A DNA stretch of 64,000 nucleotides from Bacteroidota bacterium (GCA_040387755.1 JAZKDB010000001.1:823141-887140); one strand, 5' to 3'. Positions 36,373 to 47,645 are shown, counted from the stretch's first letter. Numbers and translations are program-made. The notes: generated from the letters alone by a model not told the origin.

Positions 36373-38325
36373 TTAATCTTTTCGGATGAGTTTGGAGAAA
36401 CTGGAAGGCTTAATAATTAGAGGGAATTTTTCAAGAGTAACATCTGAAGGGTCGAGGCCAAAACCGCGTTCCTCTGACAGGCTATACTTTTTGAGGAAGA
36501 AGTAACCACGCATAATCAAACGTTCATAAAGGGGCAATTCGTTCTCCAACGAAAGAAATTTTTCAATCACTATAAAGCGAAAATCTCCTTTTACATTGTT
36601 TTTGCTCAGGGATTCATATCGGCTGACAATGTTTACCTCTTTATTGTTCACCATGTCTTCTACAACTTTCCTGAACATCATCTGGATGCGTTGGTCTACA
36701 CGGAAGCCGAGTCGGAATTCGATACGGATAATTTCATTAGGAATTACAGTATCTACCGAATATTCCATAGTATATGGGTCATCCATTACATTGACGTGTA
36801 CAAACCAATAAATATCGGCACGTTTTGGTTTACGGATAAGAATGGAGTAAATAATTTTATGCTCAATCTCTTTTGGATTATCTGCACTGGTAAGGTACAC
36901 CAGGTGTGTTGAGTATTTAGGGATTGTTTTATCATTACTCAATTCCTGTAGAATACCTACATAATCATCCAGACGAACAAATTCAACGTAACGGTTTTTG
37001 ATTTTTCGCGAGCGATACCATACAAACATGCAAAGAAATAGTAAACCCGCTACTACAAGAGTCACATATCCTCCATGCGGAAATTTTTTCAGGTTAGCGA
37101 TCAGGAATGAAAATTCAATCGTCAAAAAGATCATTAAGTATCCAACAATTGCTATCGTATTCACCCTATGTATAAACATATAATAGGCAAATAATATAGA
37201 TGTCATGATCATGCAAATGGTAATCGCTAAACCATAGGCAGCGCCCATATTGGAAGATTTACCAAAATACAATACCATCATTACGCATCCTACAAACAAT
37301 AGCATATTGATGCCAGGAATATAAGACTGACCGCGCTCTACAGTAGGGTACAGAATGCGCATTTTTGGCCACAGGTTTAATTTTACTGCTTCGCTGATTA
37401 ATGTGAAAGAACCTGATATTAAGGCCTGACTGGCAATGATGGCGGCCATTGTGGCTATGATGATACTAAATGGTAAAAACCAACTTGGTACTATTGCGTA
37501 AAAAGGATTGGATTGTGCAGAACTCCAAATATCCCCTTTATGTGTTAACAAATAGGCTCCTTGCCCCAAGTAATTGAGTACTAAACAGATTTTGACAAAT
37601 ATCCACGAAAAGCGAATATTGCCCCGACCACAGTGGCCTAAGTCTGAGTAAAGTGCTTCGGCCCCTGTGGTACACAAAAATACCGCTCCCAGAATCCAGA
37701 AACCGCTTGGGTATTGTGTCAATAATTGAATAGCATAATAAGGATTAAATGATTTAAGGATACTCCAGTCCATACTGATATTGGCAAGACCCAATGTCCC
37801 CAGCATCACAAACCAAACAAACATAATCGGACCAAACATTTTACCAATCCATGCTGTGCCAAACTGCTGAAAAATAAATAAGGCGCAAAGAATAACTAAC
37901 ACAATGCGAACAATAATACCATCTGGCAAAAATCGTAAGCTTGGGATATTCCGCAAACCTTCCACCGCAGATGTAATAGAAATAGGAGGAGTAATCATGC
38001 CATCGGCCAAAAGTGCTGCACCTCCTATCATTGCCAGAATTACAGCCCATTTGCCATGTCGGCGCACCAAGGCATATAACGAGAAGATTCCGCCCTCGCC
38101 TTTGTTGTCCGCCCTGAGTGTTAAGGATACATATTTAATAGTGGTTTGGAGGGTCAGTGTCCAGATGACACATGAAAGACTACCAATAATTAAAAGCTCA
38201 CTGATTTCTTTTCCTTCGCAAATCTCGTTGAAAACGTACAATGGGGATGTACCAATGTCTCCGAAAATGATGCCTAATGCGATTAATAATCCGGCAGCGG
38301 AAACTTTATTAGCGGTTTTACTCAC
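36373..38325 (-). CDS. kup: KUP/HAK/KT potassium transporter
   Basis: GIIFGDIGTSPLY, ADNKGEGGIFSL, TGAEALYSDLGH, AYGLAITICM, GFRVDQ. Confidence 0.97.
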   Translation of the reverse strand: MSKTANKVSAAGLLIALGIIFGDIGTSPLYVFNEICEGKEISELLIIGSLSCVIWTLTLQTTIKYVSLTLRADNKGEGGIFSLYALVRRHGKWAVILAMIGGAALLADGMITPPISITSAVEGLRNIPSLRFLPDGIIVRIVLVILCALFIFQQFGTAWIGKMFGPIMFVWFVMLGTLGLANISMDWSILKSFNPYYAIQLLTQYPSGFWILGAVFLCTTGAEALYSDLGHCGRGNIRFSWIFVKICLVLNYLGQGAYLLTHKGDIWSSAQSNPFYAIVPSWFLPFSIIIATMAAIIASQALISGSFTLISEAVKLNLWPKMRILYPTVERGQSYIPGINMLLFVGCVMMVLYFGKSSNMGAAYGLAITICMIMTSILFAYYMFIHRVNTIAIVGYLMIFLTIEFSFLIANLKKFPHGGYVTLVVAGLLFLCMFVWYRSRKIKNRYVEFVRLDDYVGILQELSNDKTIPKYSTHLVYLTSADNPKEIEHKIIYSILIRKPKRADIYWFVHVNVMDDPYTMEYSVDTVIPNEIIRIEFRLGFRVDQRIQMMFRKVVEDMVNNKEVNIVSRYESLSKNNVKGDFRFIVIEKFLSLENELPLYERLIMRGYFFLKKYSLSEERGFGLDPSDVTLEKFPLIIKPSSFSKLIRKD

Positions 38326-38363
38326 AATAAAAAAGTCTTAAATTTTTTATAAAAAGACAAATG

Positions 38364-38371
38364 CAAAATTA
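38364..38371 (-). promoter_or_regulatory. -7 promoter box for kup
   Basis: Minus strand TAATTTTG(C), 38 nt upstream of the start. Confidence 0.55.
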
Positions 38372-38506
38372 GATTTAAAATTCAAATAGTAACATTTGAA
38401 ACAATATTTATTTAGAGCTTTTTTAGAGATTGCTTTAAGCGGGTAAAATGTAATTTACCTATAGCATAATTGTAAAATTCATCCATAACCTAATTGTCAA
38501 ATTATC

Positions 38507-38514
38507 TACCTTTG
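38507..38514 (+). promoter_or_regulatory. -7 promoter box for ribBA
   Basis: TACCTTTG(C) 33 nt upstream of ATG 38548. Confidence 0.65.
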
Positions 38515-38547
38515 CGGCAGCAAAAAAAATATTTTGCGATATAGATA

Positions 38548-39747
38548 ATGCTCGATACAATAGAATCTGCAATCGAAGACCTGAAAAATGGCAAACTCCT
38601 GATAGTGGTAGATGATGAGGACCGTGAAAATGAAGGTGATTTTGTAACTACCGCACGTAATGCAACCCCTGAGGTGATCAACTTTATGTCTAAATACGGA
38701 AGAGGATTGATATGTGCACCTTTAACCGCACAGCGTTGTGATGAACTGAATCTTAACTTGATGGTGGAAAACAACACAGTTTTACATCAAACTCCTTTTA
38801 CCGTTTCTGTCGATTTAATAGGTCATGGTTGTACCACCGGTATTTCTGCACAGGATCGTTCCAAAACAGTTCAGGCATTAATTAATCCTGAAACAAAGCC
38901 AGAAGAATTGGGTCGTCCGGGTCATATTTTTCCATTACGAGCCAGACCTGAGGGTGTTTTGCGCCGGTCGGGGCATACTGAAGCTACTGTTGATCTGGCC
39001 ATTCTTGCCGGACATGAGCCTGCCGGGGTTTTGGTGGAAATCATGAATGATGACGGAACAATGGCACGAATGCCACAATTGGTGGAAATTGCCAAAAAAT
39101 ATGATTTGAAAATCATTTCTATTAAGGATTTGATTGAATATCGTTTGGCTCATGAATCTCTTGTAGATGAAATAGTAAGGGTAGAAATGCCTACCAAGTT
39201 TGGTGATTTTCAATTGGTAGACTTCAAACAAAAAAGCACAGGTGAACAACATCTGGCTTTGGTAAAAGGTACCTGGGAAAAAGATGAGCCTGTATTGGTG
39301 CGTGTTCACAGCTCTTGCGTAACAGGAGATGTTCTTCATTCCCTACGTTGTGATTGTGGTGACCAACTGGAAGCTGCAATGAAATTAGTTAATGCAGAAG
39401 GTAAGGGAGTGGTTTTGTACATGAATCAGGAGGGTAGAGGTATTGGCCTTGCCAATAAACTCAAAGCCTATAAACTGCAGGAAGAAGGTAAAGATACTGT
39501 AGAGGCTAATCTTGCATTAGGTTTTAAGAATGATGAACGTGACTATGGTGTGGGTGCTCAAATATTGCGTCATTTAGGCGTTTCTAAAATAAGACTTATA
39601 AGCAATAATCCGCGCAAACGTGCAGGTTTATTGGGTTATGGATTGGAGATTGTTGAAAATGTACCTATTGAAATTGCATCTAATCCACATAATGAGTTTT
39701 ACCTTAAAACAAAGCGCGATAAACTTGGGCACGAAATAATGAAATAA
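38548..39747 (+). CDS. ribBA: Bifunctional DHBP synthase / GTP cyclohydrolase II
   Basis: [48 protein letters not shown]. Confidence 0.97.
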   Translation: MLDTIESAIEDLKNGKLLIVVDDEDRENEGDFVTTARNATPEVINFMSKYGRGLICAPLTAQRCDELNLNLMVENNTVLHQTPFTVSVDLIGHGCTTGISAQDRSKTVQALINPETKPEELGRPGHIFPLRARPEGVLRRSGHTEATVDLAILAGHEPAGVLVEIMNDDGTMARMPQLVEIAKKYDLKIISIKDLIEYRLAHESLVDEIVRVEMPTKFGDFQLVDFKQKSTGEQHLALVKGTWEKDEPVLVRVHSSCVTGDVLHSLRCDCGDQLEAAMKLVNAEGKGVVLYMNQEGRGIGLANKLKAYKLQEEGKDTVEANLALGFKNDERDYGVGAQILRHLGVSKIRLISNNPRKRAGLLGYGLEIVENVPIEIASNPHNEFYLKTKRDKLGHEIMK

Positions 39748-39794
39748 GTCACAGACTTGATTTATTATTGCCCACCTTTTTTCATTTGCCTGTT

Positions 39795-40979
39795 TTGAAA
39801 ATTCTATTTTTAGCCAACCGCGTTCCTTATCCGCCATTTCGTGGCGACAAACTCAAGATATTTAATCTTGCCAAGCGTCTTTGTGCCACTAATGAGTTGC
39901 ATTTGCTCACATTTGCACAGAATGAAGAGGATTGGGCCTATAAGGAGGAATTAGAGAAAATATTTACCAGTGTCGAATTTATTGATTTACCAAAATGGAA
40001 ATCAGCACTGAATTGTTTACCAGGTTTTTTTAATCAAACACCTTTTCAGGTTCATTATTTTCGGAGTAAAGCAATGGTGCTTGCTTTAGATAAATTGTTG
40101 GACAGGATTCAGTTTGATGTTGTTCATGTTCAACATTTACGTATGTCACAATATCTGGCAAACAGAAAAGACATTCCAAGAATATTGGACTTACCTGATG
40201 CTTTTTCACTTTATTGGAAAAGGAAACAAGCAACCACTAAAAATCCATTATTACGTTTTTTTGAACAACTGGAACAACGAAGGGTTTTGGAATATGAGCG
40301 TATTTTGGCTGATTATAATATGGCTCTAGTTTGCTCGGACGAAGACAAGCAATACCTGGAGCAGGAGCACCATTTCGATAATATTTCTTTATTACCCAAT
40401 GGGGTAGACACTAATACGTTTTATGCCAATAATCATGATTATGAACATAATCACACCTTGTTGTTCACCGGCAATATGGATTATGGTCCCAATGTAGATG
40501 CTGTAAGCTATTTTGTTTCTGACATTCTGCCAACAATACGCGGGAAATTTCCTGATATTTCTTTTGTAATTGCAGGTCAGAGACCCCTTCCCAAAGTATT
40601 AGCTTTAGCTAGCGATACGATTAAAGTAACGGGCTTTATTCCCAATCTTGCTGATGAATATAACAAAGCCAGCGTGGTTGTTGCTCCATTACGTTTCGGA
40701 GCAGGAACTCAGAATAAAGTGCTTGAATCTATGGCAATGGGAGTTCCTGTCGTTTGCTCTAATATTGGTTTTGAAGGCTTATGTATCCAAAATGGTGAAG
40801 GTGCCATCATGCAAACCGACCCTCTGGAATTTGCCCAAAGTGTTATACAGCTATTATCTTCTGCCGAAATGCGTCAAAATGTTGGAACTAAAGGTGTGTC
40901 TGTAATTCAGTCCAAATTTAGCTGGGATATAATTTCAAAACAATTAGAAGGATATTTTAAATCCATTGTTTCCAAATGA
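39795..40979 (+). CDS. GT4-family glycosyltransferase
   Basis: Likely TTG start at 39795 (MKILFLANRVPYPPFRGDK). PNGVD, FTGNMDYGPN, GAGTQNKVLESMAMG. Confidence 0.9.
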   Translation: MKILFLANRVPYPPFRGDKLKIFNLAKRLCATNELHLLTFAQNEEDWAYKEELEKIFTSVEFIDLPKWKSALNCLPGFFNQTPFQVHYFRSKAMVLALDKLLDRIQFDVVHVQHLRMSQYLANRKDIPRILDLPDAFSLYWKRKQATTKNPLLRFFEQLEQRRVLEYERILADYNMALVCSDEDKQYLEQEHHFDNISLLPNGVDTNTFYANNHDYEHNHTLLFTGNMDYGPNVDAVSYFVSDILPTIRGKFPDISFVIAGQRPLPKVLALASDTIKVTGFIPNLADEYNKASVVVAPLRFGAGTQNKVLESMAMGVPVVCSNIGFEGLCIQNGEGAIMQTDPLEFAQSVIQLLSSAEMRQNVGTKGVSVIQSKFSWDIISKQLEGYFKSIVSK

Positions 40980-40991
40980 TTGTAAAGAATG

Positions 40992-42911
40992 CTATTCTTT
41001 AAGCAGCTTTATCGTTTTTGATGCTCCAGTACCAATGCTGATTTTCATAAAATAAATGCCCGCAGGTCCGGCTATGAAATAATCTAATCGGTCAGTAGAT
41101 TGATATGTTTTTTCTGAAACTTTTTGGCCAATAAGATTGCTAAGTTCTAGGGCAATTTGATCGTATTTACCCCCTAATTCTATTGTCAGTTTGCCCGAAC
41201 CAGGGTTGGGATAGTAAATCATTCCGTCAAGAATATTATTGACATTGATGATACCGCTGCCGTTTGCCGAAAAGCAATCTGAAGTATCCAGACAATTATT
41301 TTTGTCAATAACCACGGCAAAGCTGCCTGTTGCCGGTACTGTAAATGTTTTACTGGTTGCCCCGGGCACAGGCATTTTAGTAGCACAATTAATCCATTGA
41401 AAGGTAGCTGGTACCGATTCCGCACTGGTCAGTATTCCTGAGCTCAATGTCACCGTTTTATTTAAGGGTGTGGTACACTGTTTCATTTTGAAAATGAATG
41501 CATCATTTACTGTTACTGCTTTTAGGTTTAATACAGAAGCACCCGGATCAAAATCGCAGGAATCATAAAAACTACCGCAGAGATAAATATTGACGGCCTG
41601 GTCGACTGCAATTGTATTAACAATGTCCTGACTGACACCACCAATTTTTCTTGACCAGACAAAGTTTCCGGTACTATCGAATTTGCCAATAAAAATGTCA
41701 TCTCCTCCAGAAGCTGTCAGATTCACTACTTTGGTTCCGGGGTCAAAATCCACTGTTCCGCCAAAATTACCGGTATTGTACACATATCCCAAGGTATCCA
41801 CCGCTACAAAAGTTCCTGCATTGCTATTTGACTGGGCCTGTTTTGCCCATTTCAGATTAGCGCTATTATCCAGTTTACAGATAAAAAGGTCTTGCGCACT
41901 TACAGAACTCAGTGGAATGTAGGGAGTGCCGGGGTCAAAGTCGACTGTGTTGGCAAATAAGCCACTCAGATAAATATTTTTCCATTTATCAACAGCAATG
42001 GTTTTACATTTTTCAGCTCCAATACCACCAATACTTTTGGCCCAGACGACCAACCCCATACTATTATATTTGGCGACAAAAATATCATCCAGACCCTTTG
42101 AGCTAAGGTTCAAAACTCCTCCAGTTGGATCAAAATCAACTGTCCCTTGAAATGTTCCGCTACAATAAACACTTCCAGAAGTATCGGATGCCAAGGCTGC
42201 AGCACTTTTTACAGATAATCCTTGTAATGGAACTGCCCAAATAAAATCACCGTTAGTATCTAACTTGCTTATATAGGAATCAGGAAATGAGGCTGATGTA
42301 GATCCTACAATAAATGTAGTTCCGGGAGAGGGATCCAGATCTGCATTACCATTAAAATCTCCTGCCAGCAGCAAATTCCCCTTATTATCGAAACTAAGGA
42401 CATTATTGATACAACTGGAAGCTCCTTCACCAATATACTTTGCCCACACAAAATTTCCCATATTGTCGTACTTACTCAGAAAAGAACCTATACTACCTCC
42501 AATTGTGGGCGTAAGGCTTGTATTGCCCAATCCAGGGTCGAAATCTGTTGCTTTGTCGAAATAACCACTCACATAGATTGAGCCTGTATTACTGACTACA
42601 ATACCTGTTCCATAGCAGTTTCCTGATGTAGGAAAAGTAATGGCCCAAATATAATTTCCGGAAGCATTTTGTTTTAATACAAATGGTGAACGACCAGGTG
42701 TTGTGAGATTATTTATGCTTGGTCCGGGGTCTGCATCCATTACATTAACATAAGAACCTGTTGTGAAAACATTTCCGGTTTTATCTACTGCCATCGATGA
42801 TCCAAAATCCGAACCAATGCCCCCTATGGATTTTGCCCAATCAAGTTTTTGAGCATCTGCATTAGGATTCAATAGTATTATGGCTAGAGCAAAGAATAAT
42901 ATTCGTGTCAT
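40992..42911 (-). CDS. T9SS-secreted beta-propeller protein (SBBP-like repeats)
   Basis: Start moved to ATG 42911. Seven ~62-aa repeats each with D(F/A/L)DP, WAK/DxxGN motifs; C-terminal YPNPGSG..GIYFMKI CTD. Confidence 0.85.
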   Translation of the reverse strand: MTRILFFALAIILLNPNADAQKLDWAKSIGGIGSDFGSSMAVDKTGNVFTTGSYVNVMDADPGPSINNLTTPGRSPFVLKQNASGNYIWAITFPTSGNCYGTGIVVSNTGSIYVSGYFDKATDFDPGLGNTSLTPTIGGSIGSFLSKYDNMGNFVWAKYIGEGASSCINNVLSFDNKGNLLLAGDFNGNADLDPSPGTTFIVGSTSASFPDSYISKLDTNGDFIWAVPLQGLSVKSAAALASDTSGSVYCSGTFQGTVDFDPTGGVLNLSSKGLDDIFVAKYNSMGLVVWAKSIGGIGAEKCKTIAVDKWKNIYLSGLFANTVDFDPGTPYIPLSSVSAQDLFICKLDNSANLKWAKQAQSNSNAGTFVAVDTLGYVYNTGNFGGTVDFDPGTKVVNLTASGGDDIFIGKFDSTGNFVWSRKIGGVSQDIVNTIAVDQAVNIYLCGSFYDSCDFDPGASVLNLKAVTVNDAFIFKMKQCTTPLNKTVTLSSGILTSAESVPATFQWINCATKMPVPGATSKTFTVPATGSFAVVIDKNNCLDTSDCFSANGSGIINVNNILDGMIYYPNPGSGKLTIELGGKYDQIALELSNLIGQKVSEKTYQSTDRLDYFIAGPAGIYFMKISIGTGASKTIKLLKE

Positions 42912-42968
42912 GAGAGAGCTTTTGAGAATAAAGATAGATAAAATGCATTTTAAATACATTTATAAAAC

Positions 42969-43003
42969 AGAAATCCCCGAAAGACTATCTTTCGGGGATT
43001 TCT
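42969..43003 (-). terminator. Intrinsic terminator after the uppS-bamA-skp-skp operon
   Basis: 16-bp inverted repeat AGAAATCCCCGAAAGA / TCTTTCGGGGATTTCT. Confidence 0.85.
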
Positions 43004-43023
43004 ATAATAATTATTTGTTTGGA

Positions 43024-43530
43024 TTATAGAATGCCAAGTTTTGCTTTTACAGCAGGTAACATATTATCAGCATCGCGTGTTACCAATACCGAACCGGTAG
43101 AAACATCAAATACATAGTCAATAGCTTTTTCTTTAGCCACATCTTTAATAGCTTTTTCTGCTTTATCTAAGATAGGTTTGAATAATTCTTGTTTTTTAGC
43201 TACTACTTTTTCTTCTGCACTTTTTTGAGTTGACTCGATACGACCACCCAAATCAGTAATTTCTTTTTGTTTTACTTCTTTCACAGCATCAGTCATTGTT
43301 TTTTCCTGAGCCTGATATTCGCCCATTTTCTTTTGATATTCTTTACTCATAGTTTCCAGCTGGTCTTCAAAAGATTTTGCATAAGCTTTTAAATCAGCAT
43401 CTGCTTTTTTAACTTCTGGCATAAGGCCAAGTAATTCCTGAGAATTAATATGACCGATTTTCAATGTTTGTGCATTAACCGAAGTAAGGAAAGCTACCGA
43501 ACAAGCTAATAATAGAATGATTTTTTTCAT
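43024..43530 (-). CDS. skp: Skp/OmpH periplasmic chaperone, copy 2
   Basis: AQTLKIGHINSQELLGLMPE, long helical body, IDYVFD. Confidence 0.93.
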   Translation of the reverse strand: MKKIILLLACSVAFLTSVNAQTLKIGHINSQELLGLMPEVKKADADLKAYAKSFEDQLETMSKEYQKKMGEYQAQEKTMTDAVKEVKQKEITDLGGRIESTQKSAEEKVVAKKQELFKPILDKAEKAIKDVAKEKAIDYVFDVSTGSVLVTRDADNMLPAVKAKLGIL

Positions 43531-43599
43531 TAGAGTTGAATGTATGTTTTGTTTTTAAGTTTGCGAAAATATAAATTAATATGCAAAGTTCTTCAGACT

Positions 43600-44115
43600 T
43601 TATTTGACAATGCCCAGAGATTTTAACACATCATCACTACGGTCAAGTTTTGGGTCGGCATAGAACATCGTTACCCCTCCGGCCTTATCCAGTACTAAAT
43701 CATAACCTTTGGCCACAGCCATTTTCTGAACTGCATTATAAACTTTATCCTGAACAGGCTTTACCAATTCCTGACGTTTTTTAAACAATTCGCCTTCGTA
43801 TCCGAAGTATTGTTTTTGTAAATCTTTGGCTGCTTTTTCCTTAGTCATTATCTCATCTTCACGTTTTTGGCGCATGTCATCATTTAGCATAGCACGCTCA
43901 GCCTGATAGCTTTTGTACATCCTGTCTACCTCTTTCATCTTATTGTCAACCTCTGTTTGCCAGTTTTTCGAAAAGACATCCAACTGAGTTTGTGCGGTTT
44001 TATAATCCGGTACTTTTTCTAAAATATACTTAGAGTCGATGATGCAATATTTCTGTGCATTTGATGCAAAAAAGCTGCTCAATACAAGCAAAATGGGCAA
44101 GATGATTTTTTTCAT
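43600..44115 (-). CDS. skp: Skp/OmpH periplasmic chaperone, copy 1
   Basis: AQKYCIIDSKYILEKVPDY, YFGYEGEL, GYDLVLDK. Confidence 0.93.
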   Translation of the reverse strand: MKKIILPILLVLSSFFASNAQKYCIIDSKYILEKVPDYKTAQTQLDVFSKNWQTEVDNKMKEVDRMYKSYQAERAMLNDDMRQKREDEIMTKEKAAKDLQKQYFGYEGELFKKRQELVKPVQDKVYNAVQKMAVAKGYDLVLDKAGGVTMFYADPKLDRSDDVLKSLGIVK

Positions 44116-44239
44116 TTTGATTCTGTTTGTTTTTTTAAAAAAGAAGTTTCTAATAATAAAAATAGATTCTGTTTATGACTGCTTTTTATCGCTGCCGTTT
44201 AAATCCGGATTTCTTTTAACAATTTTATTCTTTTATTCT

Positions 44240-46900
44240 TTATTCAGGTTCAAAGCCCAGCATAAAGGTAATCTTGGACATATCTTTCAGGCTTGTCTTG
44301 CTGCTACCATTCGGATTGAATTGGTAACGATCTAAACCAATACCATAGTCAAGTCCCAATAAGCCAAACATAGGCAGGAACAATCGGATACCAACGCCTA
44401 CATCCCTGTTCAGTCTTGTAGGATTAAAGCTACTGAAATTATTCCAGGCATTACCTGCATCAGCAAACATCAAACCATAAATGGTTGTTGTAGGGTTAAG
44501 CGAAAACGGATAGCGGATTTCAGCTACGTATTTATTGAATATTGTTGCACTTTGAGCATAAACATCGTATCCACGCTGAGATATAACATCGCGACCAATA
44601 AAGAAGTTTTGTCCCGACAGACCATCGCCTCCCAGTTGGAAGCGCTCAAATGGTGACAAGCCAATATCTGGATTGTAATAACCCAGAAAGCCCATTTTAG
44701 CGGAGAATTTGAATACCATATTTCCCACAATTGTTTTGTACCAATCTGCTTTGAAACGATATTTATGATATTCTATCCATTTGTATTTCACATCTTGACT
44801 TGCTGTGGCAAAATCAGTACCGCTAAAGCTGCTGTAGGGTGGGGTAAATTGAAAACTGAAGCTGATATCCGAACCACTACGGGGATATTGCGGCTGATCT
44901 AAAGAATAACGTTGTAAAGAAAATTTGAAGTACAAGTTATTGCTGAACCCGTTTGTGAAATCAGTAATCAAACCTGTATACTTCTCCAATTGATAATTTT
45001 GGTAATTCATACCGTAGCTTACGATAAAGTTATCGTCGGGCCATTTTACCCTTTTACTTAAAGTAACACCACCGCCCAATACTTTAATAAATGATTTGGA
45101 GCCATCACTCAGATTGGAGGAATACTTCGAGTAGATAAAATTGGTTGTTAGTGAATTTGGTTTTTTGCCACCTAACCAAGGTTCTGTAAGTGACACATTC
45201 AACGAGTTGAAGTATGCCCCGTTAGATGAATAATTGACAGAAAAACGTTGTCCATCTCCAACTGGCAATGGATCCCACAATTTTGGTTTAAGAATATTGC
45301 GAAGGGAGAAGTTGTTGAATGTAACACCTATCTGACCATAAAAGCTAACACCTCCACCAAAACCCATTGACATCTGCAGTTGGTCGCTTGATTTTTCCTC
45401 TACAGAATAATTAATGTCAACTGTTCCGTCTGGGCGTGGTTTGGGTTGTGGTACTGTTTTTTCAGGATTAAAGAAGCCTAGTGCTGCAATTCGGCGGGTA
45501 GTAAGGATAATATCTGCACGACTGAATTTGCTACCCGGATAGGTGGTAATTTCTCTTCTGATTACATTCTCGTTAGTACGGTCGTTTCCTTCTATTGTTA
45601 CATTGTTAATAGTTGCCTGAGCACCTTCCACAATGCGTATTTCATAGTTAATAGTATCGTTTACAACAGAAGTTTCTACAGGGTCAATGCGGAAATATAA
45701 ATAACCATCGTCCATGTAAAGACTACTGATATCCTGGCCGGAAGGGTCGGGGATACTACCAATTCTTTTAGCCAGCAACTCCTGATCATAGATATCACCT
45801 CTTTTGATACCCAACAATTTGGTAAGGGTTTCGTTGGTGTATTTGGTGTTACCCTTCCAGTTCATATCGCCAAAATAATATCTGCGGCCTTCGCTTATCT
45901 TAATATCTACGTTGATATTGCCATTTTGAACGGTATAGATGGTATCATCTACGATGGATGCATCACGGAATCCAAGTGTATTGTAATATTCTACGATTGC
46001 TTCTTTGTCGTCTTCAAATTTCTTTTGATTGAATTTTGAAGATTTAAGGAATTTAGGACGAAAATAAGGGTCAACTGCATCTAATGTTTTGGACACAGAC
46101 AAGAAACCAAAATTGCGAATATATTTACCGAAAGAGCGTTTGCTGCTATCGTCAAAAATGGAGTAATCATCTGAACGGTGCAGAGAAATACGGCCGGCTT
46201 CTTTAGTGTTTTTAAGTGCTCTCTTTAATCTGGTTTCACTGGCACTTTGGTTGCCCGAAAAATTAATTTGATTGACTTTGGTTTTTTTACCTACTTCGAT
46301 ATCAAATGTAAGTATGACAGAATTAACCAGAATAGTGTCAGGTCTTTCTCTGATTTTTACTTGAGTATTGCCATATCCTTTCTCTTCAAAGAATCGCTTT
46401 ACTCTTACTACAGCTTCTTTTTTTGCGGCCTCTGTAACTACTTTTGCTTTTACCAATGTCAGCTTGCCTTTTAATTCCTGTGCTTCACCTTTTCTGATAC
46501 CTCTGAAATTGTAGCGGCTCAGCCTGGGGCGCTCTTCAACATTGATTTTCAGGAAAATTTTGTCTTCGATAATTTTGTCTACTGTAATGTTGACATCCGA
46601 AAATAGCTCCTGTTTCCAAAGGTTTTTTATGGCTTTGGCAATTGACTCGTCATTAGGTAATTTTATCTTTTTGCCTACAGATAATCCTGTTACTGCAATT
46701 AATAAATCCTCGTCAAGAAAGTTTGCTCCTACAGTGCTAATACCTCCAATGGTATATTCTTTAGGGCCTTGAGCCTCTGACGAAGCAATACCTGAGCTTG
46801 CTCTAGAGCCAGGCATGGCTATCTGGGCCTTTGAGGTGACAAAGCCAAATAAACAAAAGAGAAGAGTAATAAAAGAAAGATGCTTATTGTTTTGGAGCAT
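44240..46900 (-). CDS. bamA: Outer-membrane protein assembly factor BamA
   Basis: POTRA repeats (GN..T...VIRRE), VEEKSSDQL, ERFQLGGDG, barrel end GIRLFLPMFGLLGLDYG..FMLGFEPE. Confidence 0.96.
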   Translation of the reverse strand: MLQNNKHLSFITLLFCLFGFVTSKAQIAMPGSRASSGIASSEAQGPKEYTIGGISTVGANFLDEDLLIAVTGLSVGKKIKLPNDESIAKAIKNLWKQELFSDVNITVDKIIEDKIFLKINVEERPRLSRYNFRGIRKGEAQELKGKLTLVKAKVVTEAAKKEAVVRVKRFFEEKGYGNTQVKIRERPDTILVNSVILTFDIEVGKKTKVNQINFSGNQSASETRLKRALKNTKEAGRISLHRSDDYSIFDDSSKRSFGKYIRNFGFLSVSKTLDAVDPYFRPKFLKSSKFNQKKFEDDKEAIVEYYNTLGFRDASIVDDTIYTVQNGNINVDIKISEGRRYYFGDMNWKGNTKYTNETLTKLLGIKRGDIYDQELLAKRIGSIPDPSGQDISSLYMDDGYLYFRIDPVETSVVNDTINYEIRIVEGAQATINNVTIEGNDRTNENVIRREITTYPGSKFSRADIILTTRRIAALGFFNPEKTVPQPKPRPDGTVDINYSVEEKSSDQLQMSMGFGGGVSFYGQIGVTFNNFSLRNILKPKLWDPLPVGDGQRFSVNYSSNGAYFNSLNVSLTEPWLGGKKPNSLTTNFIYSKYSSNLSDGSKSFIKVLGGGVTLSKRVKWPDDNFIVSYGMNYQNYQLEKYTGLITDFTNGFSNNLYFKFSLQRYSLDQPQYPRSGSDISFSFQFTPPYSSFSGTDFATASQDVKYKWIEYHKYRFKADWYKTIVGNMVFKFSAKMGFLGYYNPDIGLSPFERFQLGGDGLSGQNFFIGRDVISQRGYDVYAQSATIFNKYVAEIRYPFSLNPTTTIYGLMFADAGNAWNNFSSFNPTRLNRDVGVGIRLFLPMFGLLGLDYGIGLDRYQFNPNGSSKTSLKDMSKITFMLGFEPE

Positions 46901-47645
46901 GCTCTGTTGATTGAATTTGTTCGCTGATCATACCGAATCTTCTTTCGCGTTGCTGATAATCAGCAATTGCCTGCAAAAATTGTTCCCTACGGAAGTCGGG
47001 CCAATGAGTAGAGGTAAAGTAGAGTTCGGAATAGGCGAGTTGATAGAGTAAAAAGTTGCTGATTCTGGTTTCGCCACTGGTGCGTATCATCAATTCGGGG
47101 TCAGGGAATTGATGGGTGCATAAATGTTGATGAAAAAAGTCGTCGTTAATATCATCGATGTTTATCTGTCCATCTTTAGCTTTTTGGCTGATATTTTTTA
47201 TTGCATTAATAATTTCCCACTTAGCACTATAGCTGAGTGCCAATATCAGGTTTAGGCCTGTATTATTTGCTGTAATGTCAATGGCTTCCTGCATTTCCTT
47301 TTGGCAGATATCCGGCAAAGCCGCAAAATCACCGATGACGTGCAGTCGCACATTTTTGTTGTTTAATTCTTCTACTTCCTTGCGTATAGTGGCTACCAAC
47401 AGCTCCATTAATGCATCTACCTCTTCTTTCGGGCGATTCCAGTTTTCGGTAGAGAAGGCATAAAGTGTAAGATATTGAATACCAATTTCACCTGCTACAT
47501 TAACTACTTCACGTACGCTTAAAACCCCCTCGTGATGTCCATATATACGGTCTTGTCCACGCTCTTTTGCCCATCTGCCATTTCCGTCCATGATAATGGC
47601 TATATGCTTGGGTAAAGTTGTTTTGTCGATAGACGTTGTTTGCAT
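46884..47645 (-). CDS. uppS: Undecaprenyl diphosphate synthase
   Basis: HIAIIMDGNGRW, YAFSTENWNRP, IRTSGETRISNFLL, RERRFG. Confidence 0.97.
   Translation of the reverse strand: MQTTSIDKTTLPKHIAIIMDGNGRWAKERGQDRIYGHHEGVLSVREVVNVAGEIGIQYLTLYAFSTENWNRPKEEVDALMELLVATIRKEVEELNNKNVRLHVIGDFAALPDICQKEMQEAIDITANNTGLNLILALSYSAKWEIINAIKNISQKAKDGQINIDDINDDFFHQHLCTHQFPDPELMIRTSGETRISNFLLYQLAYSELYFTSTHWPDFRREQFLQAIADYQQRERRFGMISEQIQSTEHAPKQ

Noticed and set aside
38326-38547. Searched for an FMN riboswitch before ribBA and a c-di-AMP riboswitch before kup
   Set aside because: Promoter boxes leave leaders of only about 30 nt, and no aptamer motifs are visible
43024-44115. Two tandem skp/ompH genes
   Set aside because: The usual arrangement downstream of bamA in Bacteroidota; not novel
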